Notes under the pieces: model-generated | Seen by the model: the letters and a program-made list of their open reading frames with translations, nothing else | Told to the model about the DNA's origin: nothing | Database searches by the model: none | Part shown: positions 1 through 13,758 of the stretch, in pieces | How the letters are laid out: each line of letters starts with the position of its first letter | Numbering within the stretch: position 1 is the stretch's first letter | Source of the DNA: Macrostomum lignano | Lineage: Eukaryota | Length of the DNA: 64,000 nucleotides | Direction of reading: 5' to 3' | NCBI GenBank assembly: GCA_002269645.1 | Contig: NIVC01000306.1 | Location: 1 to 64,000, forward strand | Made by a program: the position numbers and the translations under genes

Positions 1-863
1 CGAAGATATTGAATTATGCAACTTGCTCTTTTAGCGTCTAAAGCATGCTTTTTAGTTGCATGCAAAAGAAGTCGATCAGCTCGAGCACTATAGGTACTTA
101 AACCAGGAAGACACAGAGGGCACTCGTACTTTTCAGTCGTCATGGTAGATTTGTGATCGTAGCCAAAGATTGATAGATTATTACCACAAAAAGAGTAAAT
201 TAATTGATTTTTGCCGACTCGTTTCAGATAACACAATCACTTTCGGATTTCAATAAGAAATCTGTAAAAAGGTGGACACATGTCGACATGAAAGACAGAT
301 TGATTGAGTACTAAATCTTTGTGATACTAAAAACTTAGGACTACAGCTAGGGTCTTGAGTCGATTCTATGGATTTGAGAATGGCAATCGGATCGAAAACT
401 GAGTCCTAACTAATATTGACGACTTAAAAATGAGAAAAAGCAACCAACATATCGTTTAATAACACCATAACGGGCGAAAATGTCAACTTAACGGCAGTTT
501 AATTTTCATGCAATGAAGTGTAGTATAAAAGGTAACGAAATAAATAAGTGCTCTTTGGCTCCGTTAATCAAAACAATTTAGCGCCAGTTTATAAACTGAG
601 TGACAGTTCATCACTGCATTAAACTGAATTAATTAACGTTAACAGGTCCGCTACGTGTAAGCAGAGCACATGGACCCAGGAATGATACAGCTGAGCAGCG
701 AATTCACAGCACACTTGAGCTATTGTGTGCAAGTGAGGTTAAAAATGACATCTATTGGCACAGCAATTTTTGAATAATTTTATTGCAAGTGCTTTGGAAA
801 CAGCCGACACAATAAATCACTGTGTAATTGAAGTGTTCAGCTAACTAAAAAATTTAAACTTGC

Positions 864-3375
864 TCAAAAAGTATCTTCTGAATCATCCGATTCAGACGCT
901 GAAGACTCAGTCGCCGACTCAGTTGGCGAGTCGTTGCTAATAGGAGGAACATTTTCAATGCTTTGTTCTGCGCCGCCCAAAATGAGTCGAAAATATTCTG
1001 CCCTTGCTGGAACGTCAAGATTTACAACTCTTTCTAAAATTGATCGAAATAGTTTTCGAAACTGAGCCGCCAAACCAGCCTGATTATCTAGACTCTTGCA
1101 AACCATGTCCATTTTTACAATAAAGTCATACCATTCCTCAGATACGATATGCAGTTCCTCATTCACTCTGTCGTACTTATGATAGAGATCGATTGCACGC
1201 CGACGGAAACGGACAGAAGTAGCTGATTCAGATAAACCATCGTACTTTGAACTATTTGGCTTCCGATACTGATCAAAAGAACCCCGGGTCTCTTCCGGCA
1301 GACGATTAATATCAGCTTTCATTTCTGAAGTCAAACCTTGTACACGGCGCAAGCAAGCTCTGTTATGACCTTGGCCCATATTTAGTCCAGACTGTCGCAG
1401 CCAATGTTCTCTGAGAACTGCAAGCGAACGAATATTAGATAGAAGGTCGTTTTCAGAGTTTTCTACTGCGCCTATAAGAGAGTTCTGATGCCACTGACGG
1501 CCGAGATTCCGAATTTGAACCTCCGAAAGTACTAAGCTTCCGTCTAAAATTCCGGAAGCTTGCTGTATTCGTGCATCATCAAGAAGTGAGTTCATTTCCG
1601 AAGACATGTTTTTTATCGTACTGTCCAAAAGTCTGAGACGTTGCTGGAACCACTGGGGTGTGTTAAACAATTGATTCGCATTGAAATGAAACAGAATTTG
1701 AGACATACAGGTGCTCCTACGATCAGGTCGCATGTACTTTAGTGAATGCCCATATGGGCGAAGTTGTGCCCAAGCTCTCTCTGTGTTCTCGCCATCACAC
1801 AAGCCCGCTCCAGGAGTGACACGCACAGAGAACCTTCTTTGGCAGCTTGGTTTGTGGCCAAGTGCGTGGAATGCATTGATGGCACATGAAGAGGCCTGTA
1901 CGTTAGCACCAGATTTAGTAACTGCGGATTGTACGCGAGCTGAAACGCGGCAGCCTGCAGTGAGATGTGAGAAAAATGTATGTACTTTATTTTGATCCCG
2001 CTAAATTATACGGACATAGTATGCAAAAGATGCACTTACCAACGTCATAGATAAGAAGCAATTTCTTCGATACAGACGTGTCTCTTAGAAAATGCTCAAG
2101 GCACTGTTCTATGTAGCAGAACCGCTCTCCTGTCGTAGTAATGTTACAACCATTCAATAGACGATTGTGCCGGCAAAAAAGTCCAAAAAAGCCATACACA
2201 TCATGTCTACCAGCACCTCGGGATGGTGGCTCGAGCGCCCCAGCTTTCCAACTTGGACAGTTTTGTTCTTCTAAGCGATTTTTTGGCGCGTCTGCTTTGA
2301 CATCTACATTCACTAATGGAACAGGAAGCGGACGACCATCTGACGGAGTTAGAGCTTGCCTGAATCCCATTGAAGAAAATCTTTGCCAGCCGAAAAGCGC
2401 ATCAGCACAAACAACAGTCTGGCGATCATTATGCTGATCGGGACACAAGAGACACGACTTGGGCCATTTTGCTGAGCGGATCTGTAATTGTCTAAATTTT
2501 AGCAGAACACAGTGGCGTTGCAGACGTTGATACAAACTTGATGCTAATTTATCTCTGCAGATTCCTTGGCCAACAGTAGCACCTAAAAACAGGGCTTTGA
2601 TTGCCCTGTGAGCCGGTAGTCGACCTACAGTAGTCAAATTGTCGAGAAGTGTTAATAAACTTATGGCGAAATAGGCTGTGCAGTCTGTGGCGGTTGCGGT
2701 TGCATCATAAGACGGGAAGTAACCCATTGAGAGAAGCGCATCCACTTTGTCACATGAACTACACGTAAACATCTGAGCTTGAACGATTCCCGACAAATCG
2801 ATTAGCTCAACAGTTGATGCAGCCGACAATTCGCGAGCCTCTCTGCTTGCCACACAACAGAAAAGTGCAGCAACCATGGGCACGTGCACTGGATCTGCAA
2901 ACATAAGCGTCTCAGAATTCCACTGTTCAAATTTGTGTGGTGCAAAATCACCATGTGTGATTTCTTTACAGTCTTCACAGAAATCCAGCCTACAAGTGAC
3001 ACACCGATAAATTCCAGGCGCATCACTGCAACGAATGCATGAACCCAAGTTGAAATAATTTTCATACGCATTGCTGTGAAGATCCGAAAACATGGAATGA
3101 TCCTCCCACTCAGTTTCTTCAGGCGGATTTGAAGGTTCAGTAGAATTTTCAGGCGGCATTTCGGCTGCATTATCAGGCATTTCAGGAAAAAAATAATTCC
3201 CTACCGACTGATCCTGATGAGAACCATAAGCAGAGCTTGAGCTAGGACGACGGGTGGCACCAAAACCAGAAGATTTCTGGAGCTTTCTTGGACGTCCTCG
3301 ACGGCTTGTCCGCAATACAGCTTCGACATCACTATCAGAATCTGTATTAGAAAACAATGTTCTGCGGCGAGACAT
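864..3375 (-). CDS. KDZ (Kyakuja-Dileera-Zisupton) family transposase, 2 exons (3375-2040, 1954-864), ~808 aa
   Basis: The two track ORFs join through an 85-nt GTAAGT...CTGCAG intron (2039-1955, phase 1). This gives YDVG|CRV...FHALGHKPSCQRRFSVRVTPGAGLCDGENTERAWAQL...MRPDRR, which matches the KDZ core (D...YDxxC...FHxxxH...C...GxGxxDGExxERxW...N). Upstream are a Cys/His cluster (CIRC..CVTC..CEDC..H..PH...W), a CxC2-like block (ALLSMGYFPS...TAYFAISLL), CLLCP, VCADAL and GFFGLFCRH...GERF. No stops or frameshifts in the spliced model. Confidence 0.85.
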
Positions 3376-3789
3376 GACCTGAAATGTTTTAATGCAAATT
3401 GTAATTCAAGAGTATGTATGTATGTATGTATGACTTCAATATTATACTATTAGACGTATTTATTCATACAGATTCATACATATCTGAACACACATTTGTC
3501 CAAAAATGACACTTTGGATTTGTATGATATAATGAATAAACACTGATGTAAATCATTGTTATAAATTACTTTTGTACCTACCAAAACCAATACGTAGTAA
3601 CTTTAAGCTTATTATGTATGCATTACTATTCTGATATATTTGTCTACTTTATAGCATATAAAAATGTGTGAGTGCAATGTATGTGAAAAAAGATTCAGTA
3701 TTAATTATTATATTTTTATATATTTATATTTTATCTATTCTTTAATCCTTTCTCTTACCTTTCCTTTCTCTTATTGCCTATTCATTCTT

Positions 3790-4145
3790 CTTTCTACTCT
3801 TATCTGCCCCTCAGCCTTTATCTGGCTCTCTCTCATATACTCTCCCAGTTGTGCTCTTAAGGGACATAGTACTCTCATAGTTGTTTCATTCTATGGCCTA
3901 CTTGTTGACTGCTTTGATTGCATCATCTTTCTAGCCAATTTTTCAGTCTTGAGAAAAACTACATGTATACATTTTTAGCTCCACAGTGCCACATATCTGA
4001 TATTGTGGCTAACCTAGGGCTGATGCTTTAAAGTTTGTTTAATTAGTAACTAATCATATATATAAACCTTTGCCTAAGAAAATAATACAAGTCAATGAAA
4101 TAGTCTTTTTAAAAATGAATGATTATTTAAAAGGACCCTAAACTA
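3790..4145. repeat. Decayed dispersed repeat, copy 1 (inverted relative to 17170-17470)
   Basis: The blocks atctgcccctcagc, ctttatctggc, gggacatagtactctcat(a/g)gttgtt, tcatctttct(a/t)gccaattt, agctccac and tttaaaag(g/a)accctaaa recur in the same order on the opposite strand at 17470-17170. Confidence 0.55.
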
Positions 4146-6056
4146 ACAAGAATACAATCCACTTTGGTAACAGCCACTTCGGTAAAGCAGATTTATGACT
4201 TTTAGCACTTTTTCTTTATGTTAATTTTTTAGTAACTATTAATTAAATTAATCATTAACTTGTTTAGTACTTTATTGCTGATTACCATTCAATTTTTTCT
4301 GATTAGGATATATTATACATGTAATTTGTTTCAACTTGAACAGATAGAATATATAACAGCGGAGACTTAGAGAGATCAATGAAAGTAATTAATGACAAAT
4401 AAATTAAAGTAAATACTGAAATTTCACATTTCTAACTCAAAGTAATTCTAATTACACAATACTTTGGTAATTACAAGTTTTATAGGTTGTATCATAACAT
4501 ATCTTGAGTATCAAGCGCACCTGGAAATTTAAATAGATTGATCAAAACACATTAAAACAATTTTATCATTGTTGGCTAAATCATTGTCTAGGCCTAAAAC
4601 ATTATTTTTTGTCTCAAAAACTATTTGAAATTATTTTTTAGAGCACATTAAGATACATATTGTTATATCTCCTCCCTTGTTACCAAAATGGACTGTTACC
4701 ACTAACAATACATTAAATACAAGTGCTAAAAATCCTAGGAGCTAAAGTGGCTAAAATAAAGGAGAAAGTCTCAAAAATCTTCCAAATAAAGCCAGGAGAT
4801 AAAGGAGATAAAGGAAGGTGTAGGCACCCTGCATTTATCCACTTATTCTATTGAATCAAATATACTAAATATCTATACTAGGCCTATACTATTTTTGTAT
4901 AGCATGTTCTCTAAGGGCTGCAGGGCAAAGCATTCAAAAAGGACAAAAAAGTGAAAAAAATTAATCATGAATATCATGGAAGAATATAGATATAGCCTAT
5001 AGACTATAGTGTATAGCCTTGCAAGGCTTGCAATTGCAATTTAGCCTTGCAATTTTAACCATAAGCTTATAGTTAAAATTGCCTTGGTTGACTTGCAATA
5101 GTTTTGGGCCACTTATTCATCTTGTTAATATTAGTGATAAGTCTTGGCCAGGGGGTGCATGACCAAGATGGCCACACACCAAGATGGCCACAGTTTATTA
5201 AAATGTCTAAATAGATAATATGATGCTCATTTCCTTATTATAATTGGTCACAATTGGTCTTAAGGTATGTCTGTGAGAGCTGTGTCTTATTTGCCCTATA
5301 ACTATAAGCCAAGTTTTAACATGAAGATTAAATAAAGATCAAGATCCACTATTTGCAAACTCAATATTTTAAGTTAAAAAGGCAATAAATATATGCTCGA
5401 ACAATTTAAACCCACCTGCAACTTGGCTAGATACTAAATTTTCCAAAAGGGCTTTCCAGACATGAGTCCAAAAATTGAAGTAAGCAGAAGCAAGTAACTG
5501 TATAATTATCCACGAAACTAAAAATGAAGTGTCTGTATGTATGCAAGTATATCTAATAGTAAGTAAGTAAGCTTGGCTCAGGCAAGAAGCCTGTTTGGCC
5601 AGTATATGTCAGTGTATTTATTATTAATAATAATTCAATAGATAAACTAGATATGAGCGGCTAATTCGGCAATAATATAGTATTTGAAAGAGTGTTAATA
5701 TTTTTTTCTACGAAACTTCAAACGATCTTTAACGATAAACCCGCCGCGGAAGCCATGCAAATTTCGCGACAGAATCCCCAAATCAGCATTTGAAGTTGCT
5801 TACTATCATTTTAAAGCTATCGCTGCTGTAGTAAGTACTTTAGTCACTTTTTGATGTATTAATTTCCATTGCCAATGAATGGGGCTCAAGAGTATACTAA
5901 TAGTAGACTTGTTTTATAAACGATTAGAACATTTGTCCAAAAACGACACTTTTGATATTTTAATCCCAAATGGATAAAAATGAAAATCATTGCTACGAAA
6001 ACTATGATTAATGTGCATGAAAATACAAAATAGAATAAAAAAATACTATGAGATAT

Positions 6057-9000
6057 CTCAAATCGGCGCTGGAAAGCTCAAATTGGCGCGGAAAGCTCAA
6101 ATTGGCGCCGAAAGTCAAATTTGGCGCCAGGATCACCAAATCGGCGCCAGTATCGCCAAATCAGCGCCGGAATGCTGAAATCAGCGCTAAAAAGCCCGGA
6201 CCAGCGATGGAAAGCTCAAATCGGCGCTGGAAAGCTCAAATTGGCGCGGAAAGCTCAAATTGGCGCCAAAAGTCAAATTTGGCGCCAGGATCACCAAATC
6301 GGCGCCAGTATCGCCAAATCAGCGCTGGAATGCTGAAATCAGCGCTAAAAAGCCCGGACCAGCGCTGGAAAGCTCAAATCGGCGCTGGAAAGCTCAAATT
6401 GGCGCGGGAAAGCTCAAATTGGCGCCGAAAGTCAAATTTGGCGCCAGGATCACCAAATTTGGCGCCAGTATCGCCAAATCAGCGCCGGAATGCTGAAAAC
6501 AGCGCTAAAAAGCCCGGACCAGCGCTGGAAAGCTCAAATTGGCGCGGAAAGCTTAAATTGGCGCCGAAAGCCAAATTTGGCGCCAGGATCACCAAATCGG
6601 CGCCAGTATCGCCAAATCAGCGCCGGAATGCTGAAAACAGCGCTAAAAAGCCCGGACCAGCGCTGGAAAGCTCAAATTGGCGCGGAAAGCTTAAATTGGC
6701 GCCGAAAGCCAAATTTGGCGCCAGGATCACCAAATCGGCGCCAGTATCGCCAAATCAGCGCCGGAATGCTGAAAACAGCGCTAAAAAGCCCGGACCAGCG
6801 CTGGAAAGCTCAAATCGGCGCTGGAAAGCTCAAATTGGCGCGGAAAGCTCAAATTGGCGCCGAAAGTCAAATTTGGCGCCAGGATCACCAAATCGGCGCC
6901 AGGATCCCTTAATCAGCGCTGGAATGCTGAAATCAGCGCTAAAAAGCCCGGACCAGCGCTGGAAAGCTCAAATCGGCGCTGGAAAGCTCAAATTGGCGCG
7001 GAAAGCTCAAATTGGCGCTGAAAGTCAAATTTGGCGCCAGGATCACCAAATCGGCGCCAGTATCGCCAAATCAGCGCCGGAATGCTGAAAACAGCGCTAA
7101 AAAGCCCGGACCAGCGATGGAAAGCTCAAATCGGCGCTGGAAAGCTCAAATTGGCGCGGAAAGCTCAAATTGGCGCCAAAAGTCAAATTTGGCGCCAGGA
7201 TCACCAAATCGGCGCCAGTATCGCCAAATCAGCGCTGGAATGCTGAAAACAGCGCTAAAAAGCCCGGACCAGCGCTGGAAAGCTCAAATTGGCGCGGAAA
7301 GCTTAAATTGGCGCCGAAAGCCAAATTTGGCGCCAGGATCACCAAATCGGCGCCAGTATCGCCAAATCAGCGCCGGAATGCTGAAAACAGCGCTAAAAAG
7401 CCCGGACCAGCGCTGGAAAGCTCAAATTGGCGCGGGAAAGCTCAAATTGGCGCCGAAAGTCAAATTTGGCGCCAGGATCACCAAATTTGGCGCCAGTATC
7501 GCCAAATCAGCGCCGGAATGCTGAAAACAGCGCTAAAAAGCCCGGACCAGCGCTGGAAAGCTCAAATTGGCGCGGAAAGCTTAAATTGGCGCCGAAAGCC
7601 AAATTTGGCGCCAGGATCACCAAATCGGCGCCAGTATCGCCAAATCAGCGCCGGAATGCTGAAAACAGCGCTAAAAAGCCCGGACCAGCGCTGGAAAGCT
7701 CAAATTGGCGCGGAAAGCTTAAATTGGCGCCGAAAGCCAAATTTGGCGCCAGGATCACCAAATCGGCGCCAGTATCGCCAAATCAGCGCCGGAATGCTGA
7801 AAACAGCGCTAAAAAGCCCGGACCAGCGCTGGAAAGCTCAAATTGGCGCGGAAAGCTTAAATTGGCGCCGAAAGCCAAATTTGGCGCCAGGATCACCAAA
7901 TCGGCGCCAGTATCGCCAAATCAGCGCCGGAATGCTGAAAACAGCGCTAAAAAGCCCGGACCAGCGCTGGAAAGCTCAAATTGGCGCGGAAAGCTTAAAT
8001 TGGCGCCGAAAGCCAAATTTGGCGCCAGGATCACCAAATCGGCGCCAGTATCGCCAAATCAGCGCCGGAATGCTGAAAACAGCGCTAAAAAGCCCGGACC
8101 AGCGCTGGAAAGCTCAAATCGGCGCTGGAAAGCTCAAATTGGCGCGGAAAGCTCAAATTGGCGCCGAAAGTCAAATTTGGCGCCAGGATCACCAAATCGG
8201 CGCCAGTATCGCCAAATCAGCGCCGGAATGCTGAAATCAGCGCTAAAAAGCCCGGACCAGCGCTGGAAAGCTCAAATCGGCGCTGGAAAGCTCAAATTGG
8301 CGCGGAAAGCTCAAATTGGCGCCGAAAGTCAAATTTGGCGCCAGGATCACCAAATCGGCGCCAGTATCGCCAAATCAGCGCTGGAATGCTGAAAACAGCG
8401 CTAAAAAGCCCGGACCAGCGCTGGAAAGCTCAAATTGGCGCGGAAAGCTTAAATTGGCGCCGAAAGCCAAATTTGGCGCCAGGATCACCAAATCGGCGCC
8501 AGTATCGCCAAATCAGCGCCGGAATGCTGAAAACAGCGCTAAAAAGCCCGGACCAGCGCTGGAAAGCTTAAATTGGCGCGGAAAGCTTAAATTGGCGCCG
8601 AAAGCCAAATTTGGCGCCAGGATCACCAAATCGGCGCCAGTATCGCCAAATCAGCGCCGGAATGCTGAAAACAGCACTAAAAAGCCCGGACCAGCGCTGG
8701 AAAGCTCAAATCGGCGCTGGAAAGCTCAAATTGGCGCGGAAAGCTCAAATTGGCGCCGAAAGCCAAATTTGGCGCCAGGATCACCAAATCGGCGCCAGGA
8801 TCCCTTAATCAGCGCTGGAATGCTGAAATCAGCGCTAAAAAGCCCGGACCAGCGCTGGAAAGCTCAAATCGGCGCTGGAAAGCTCAAATTGGCGCGGAAA
8901 GCTCAAATTGGCGCCGAAAGTCAAATTTGGCGCCAGGATCACCAAATCGGCGCCAGTATCGCCAAATCAGCGCTGGAATGCTGAAATCAGCGCTAAAAAG

Positions 9001-11277
9001 CCCGGACCAGCGCTGGAAAGCTCCAATCGGCGCTGGAAAGCTCAAATTGGCGCGGGAAAGCTCAAATTGGCGCCGAAAGTCAAATTTGGCGCCAGGATCA
9101 CCAAATTTGGCGCCAGTATCGCCAAATCAGCGCCGGAATGCTGAAAACAGCGCTAAAAAGCCCGGACCAGCGCTGGAAAGCTCAAATTGGCGCGGAAAGC
9201 TTAAATTGGCGCCAAAAGCCAAATTTGGCGCCAGGATCACCAAATCGGCGCCAGTATCGCCAAATCAGCGCCGGAATGCTGAAAACAGCGCTAAAAAGCC
9301 CGGACCAGCGCTGGAAAGCTCAAATTGGCGCGGAAAGCTTAAATTGGCGCCGAAAGCCAAATTTGGCGCCAGGATCACTAAATCGGCGCCAGTATCGCCA
9401 AATCAGCGCCGGAATGCTGAAAACAGCGCTAAAAAGCCCGGACCAGCGATGGAAAGCTCAAATCGGCGCTGGAAAGCTCAAATTGGCGCGGAAAGCTCAA
9501 ATTGGCGCCAAAAGTCAAATTTGGCGCCAGGATCACCAAATCGGCGCCAGTATCGCCAAATCAGCGCTGGAATGCTGAAATCAGCGCTAAAAAGCCCGGA
9601 CCAGCGCTGGAAAGCTCAAATCGGCGCTGGAAAGCTCAAATTGGCGCGGGAAAGCTCAAATTGGCGCTGAAAGTCAAATTTGGCGCCAGGATCACCAAAT
9701 CAGCGCCGGAATGCTGAAAACAGCGCCAAAAAGCCCGGACCAGCGCTGGAAAGCTCAAATCGGCGCTGGAAAGCTCAAATTGGCGCGGAAAGCTCAAATT
9801 GGCGCCGAAAGTCAAATTTGGCGCCAGGATCACCAAATCGGCGCCAGGATCCCTTAATCAGCGCTGGAATGCTGAAATCAGCGCTAAAAAGCCCGGACCA
9901 GCGCTGGAAAGCTCAAATCGGCGCTGGAAAGCTCAAATTGGCGCGGAAAGCTCAAATTGGCGCCGAAAGTCAAATTTGGCGCCAGGATCACCAAATCGGC
10001 GCCAGTATCGCCAAATCAGCGCCGGAATGCTGAAATCAGCGCTAAAAAGCCCGGACCAGCGCTGGAAAGCTCAAATCGGCGCTGGAAAGCTCAAATTGGC
10101 GCGGAAAGCTCAAATTGGCGCCGAAAGTCAAATTTGGCGCCAGGATCACCAAATCGGCGCCAGTATCGCCAAATCAGCGCCGGAATGCTGAAAACAGCGC
10201 TAAAAAGCCCGGACCAGCGCTGGAAAGCTCAAATCGGCGCTGGAAAGCTCAAATTGGCGCGGGAAAGCTCAAATTGGCGCCGAAAGTCAAATTTGGCGCC
10301 AGGATCACCAAATTTGGCGCCAGTATCGCCAAATCAGCGCCGGAATGCTGAAAACAGCGCTAAAAAGCCCGGACCAGCGCTGGAAAGCTCAAATCGGCGC
10401 TGGAAAGCTCAAATTGGCGCGGAAAGCTCAAATTGGCGCGGAACGTCAAATTTGGCGCCAGGATCACCAAATCGGCGCCAGGATCCCTTAATCAGCGCTG
10501 GAATGCTGAAATCAGCGCTAAAAAGCCCGGACCAGCGCTGGAAAGCTCAAATCGGCGCTGGAAAGCTCAAATTGGCGCGGGAAAGCTCAAATTGGCGCCG
10601 AAAGTCAAATTTGGCGCCAGGATCACCAAATCGGCGCCAGTATCGCCAAATCAGCGCCGGAATGCTGAAAACAGCGCCAAAAAGCCCGGACCAGCGCTGG
10701 AAAGCTCAAATCGGCGCTGGAAAGCTCAAATTGGCGCGGGAAAGCTCAAATTGGCGCCGAAAGTCAAATTTGGCGCCAGTATCGCCAAATCAGCGCCGGA
10801 ATGCTGAAAACAGCGCTAAAAAGCCCGGACCAGCGCTGGAAAGCTCAAATCGGCGCTGGAAAGCTCAAATTGGCGCGGAAAGCTCAAATTGGCGCCGAAA
10901 GTCAAATTTGGCGCCAGGATCACCAAATCGGCGCCAGGATCCCTTAATCAGCGCTGGAATGCTGAAATCAGCGCTAAAAAGCCCGGACCAGCGCTGGAAA
11001 GCTCAAATCGGCGCTGGAAAGCTCAAATTGGCGCGGAAAGCTCAAATTGGCGCCGAAAGTCAAATTTGGCGCTAGGATCACCAAATCGGCGCCAGTATCG
11101 CCAAATCAGCGCCGGAATGCTGAAAACAGCGCTAAAAAGCCCGGACCAGCGCTGGAAAGCTCAAATCGGCGCTGGAAAGCTCAAATTGGCGCGGAAAGCT
11201 CAAATTGGCGCCGAAAGTCAAATTTGGCGCCAGGATCACCAAATCGGCGCCAGGATCCCTTAATCAGCGCTGGAATG
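6057..11277. repeat. Complex satellite, ~35 units of 138/158-160 bp built from 19-20 bp GAAAGCTCAAATTGGCGC modules
   Basis: Periods are readable directly (138 bp: 6491->6629; 158 bp: 9799->9957->10115). Units differ by gain or loss of one ~20-bp module and by variants such as gatcccttaat. CpG and GGCGCC rich. Confidence 0.97.
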
Positions 11278-11539
11278 TGCCAACGGGCGTAGAAGTGGCA
11301 GCATATATCAGCTTGCTACTTTTGGGCGCCAATTTTAATTTACCGGCGCCAATTTTAGCCTTTCGGCGCCCATTTTAGCGCCCTGGCAAGGTCATTGCAT
11401 TTAGTTCTCACGCAATGGAGCCGAAAAAAGAGTTTTTTTTCTTTTTTGAATTAGTGCCATGTATCTTGACAACCAATGCGAGTCAAGTTCTGGCGTCTGC
11501 TTCTCCACAGCCCCGTAATGGCATATCCTAATAATTGTG

Positions 11540-11635
11540 GGCTGGCCCGCGCTAAGGGAGCCCACCCCACCGTGGGGCGGACCCCGCTAACGGGCTATTT
11601 TTAGCGTGGGATGGGCTCCGCTAACGGGCGGCCAT
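11540..11635. repeat. GC-rich imperfect palindrome (MITE-like)
   Basis: ggagcccaccccac ... gtgggatgggctcc inverted pair, with repeated ccgctaacgggc; no TSD identified. Confidence 0.45.
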
Positions 11636-13012
11636 AAACTGCTCTCTGTCTCTCTCTCTCTCACTTTCTCTCTCTCCTTACTGCTCTCTGAGTTTCGTCC
11701 GTCTTGTTTTCACTTGTGTGTACATGGAGTTAAATGCTTGTTATTCATTCTTAACCCCACATTGCTACTGAGGCCGCAAACTCTGAAGGAAAGGAAATTT
11801 TAGCCGCCGGCCACAATAAATTTTTAGGGCACCTCCGCAGGCATACTACTGAAAAAAAGACTAAAACATACGCTCTGCTTTTTTACAACTTCAATTGCGA
11901 GTGACATATCTACGGGCTAGTTATTTTAGTACCTACTACGCTAGTATATGGTCGCAACAGTTTCAAAAGAAGTTTCCATCAAAAAAGCCAAATCTTAAAT
12001 GACTGATGATATTTGTACAGTACATGTACATACATTTACTCTTGCTCCTGTCCCTATTTTTAAAGTTTTAATTCGATTCTACCTAAGATAAAAGCTTTCC
12101 TAACAAATGCACAATCCAATCGTACGTGTTTTGTAAACTATAATTCAATAACTTAATGTCACGCTGAATTCACGTGTATTTCTTCATTACGAGGTGCACA
12201 ATGTATAGACTTTAACACATGCTACGCCACCTTTGTTGCGATTGATGTATTGTTTCTCTTCCTGTGCATCCATCCCGTACAACGTAGCGACGTCCGCTAA
12301 TTTGGATCCGACGTACCAATGCGAGGTCGATGGATCGATGTCGCTGGATAAAAGCTATTCTTAAATTGCAACAGCGAATAAAGACGCATAGTTGGGCCGA
12401 ACATATGGGTGTGATAAGAATCATACCCATTTTCAAGCGCTGCCGAATTGACGCCAAAACGTCTATTTACTGTTACGGTACTTAATTGCTTATTTTTAGC
12501 GTCTTGACTGTGTCTATCAATGTTATATTTTTGTGTGCTTATATTGTACTTTATGCATGCATGTAAAAAGGGCACGATGTACATGGTATTACCGAAATAA
12601 CTCAAAACACGATGGTAACATATAGCATGAACATGCAACTATCAAATAACGCGTGAATGAATTTACGAAAGTCTTCCTACATGTTTATTACATGTAACTT
12701 AATGTGCACGGATCATTGCGACGCTAATTATTACATTTTATTTTTGCGATTCGAATCATGCAAATTTTACTGTACTTAAGTCGCATCGTGTAAATGTACG
12801 ATATGCAGATTTGGATTTATTTTATTGCACAAAATTCATGTTGCAACGCTTGGTAGAATAGCTTGTCTCACGAAAATAAAGGAGCTGGGACAATTAATGT
12901 CACTCAATCCAGCCCAATCGGAATACGCATGCTGCCAAAAAGTAGGGAGAAAAAGTGATAATTTTTCGTTTCACCAGGCCCGCGCGCGTGCTCACAAACA
13001 TGTACATGTAGA

Positions 13013-13202
13013 CAGTAGCGCAACCAGAAATTTTTCAAGGGGGGGGCGGATTCTGAGGGTAAAGTCCCGGGAGGGGGGGCGGCGGAGGGGTGGCTCTGTT
13101 TTTGGCGAAAATTCGCTTGGTTCCCCCTTTGATTTTTTTTCGGTGCCCCGCCTAAGGGGGGGGGGGCGACCGCCCCCCGCCCCCCCCCTGGTTGCGCCAC
13201 TG
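13013..13202. mobile_element. hAT-type MITE (190 bp)
   Basis: TIRs CAGTAGCGCAACCAG / CTGGTTGCGCCACTG (14/15) and a perfect 8-bp TSD CATGTAGA (13005-13012 and 13203-13210). Confidence 0.9.
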
Positions 13203-13435
13203 CATGTAGATGAAAACCGTCTTCTTTAATTTTTTACGACTTTATCCATAACAGTAACAAGCAAATTGCTACTAACTATACTGTACGTAAACAGCTAATA
13301 TAAGTCAATTTTTAAACAATTTACGACAAGTTACGTATCGGAGACGTTCAACTAACTATTGGATACGTATAATTTTGCTGCTCGGGAAAAGCTATTCCAG
13401 CGAAAGTTCAGCTGCTGGTCTACATATATGACAAG

Positions 13436-13698
13436 GGGCCTTTTCATATTGCTTGTTCTTGTTCCAGAACCAGAACCAATTTGTGAAGTATAACTTTTTG
13501 TCTCCATAACTAGAGGGAGATACGTGTTATAAGTTTTTATTATTGAATGACAATCGCCAAGAAGAAAGTGAAAAATTATGCTAAGTGAGGTTGTTAAGGC
13601 AGTCAAACATTCAACAGAATTAAATAGTTATACTACTGCTGTTTTTCTTGGAAGATCCGAACCGATTCTGATTCTGGAATTGGTAATATGAAAAGCCT
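13436..13698. mobile_element. PIF/Harbinger-like MITE, copy 1 (right terminus degraded)
   Basis: Starts GGGCCTTTTCATATT and ends AATATGAAAAGCC; it is the inverted homolog of 13759-14018. Confidence 0.65.
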
Positions 13699-13758
13699 CC
13701 TGGAAGCACCTCATAGTGTCGGTTTACAGTAATTCAGCAAGGACGACTTAAGGAGAAG

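Noticed and set aside
4800-5260. KDZ terminal inverted repeat, or homology with 15030-15240
   Set aside because: Only short scattered matches, and no inverted partner found left of the transposase.
6048-11292. Dozens of long ORFs in the satellite
   Set aside because: The 138-bp unit is a multiple of 3 and stop-free in two frames; the peptides merely mirror the DNA repeat and shift frame at 158-bp units.
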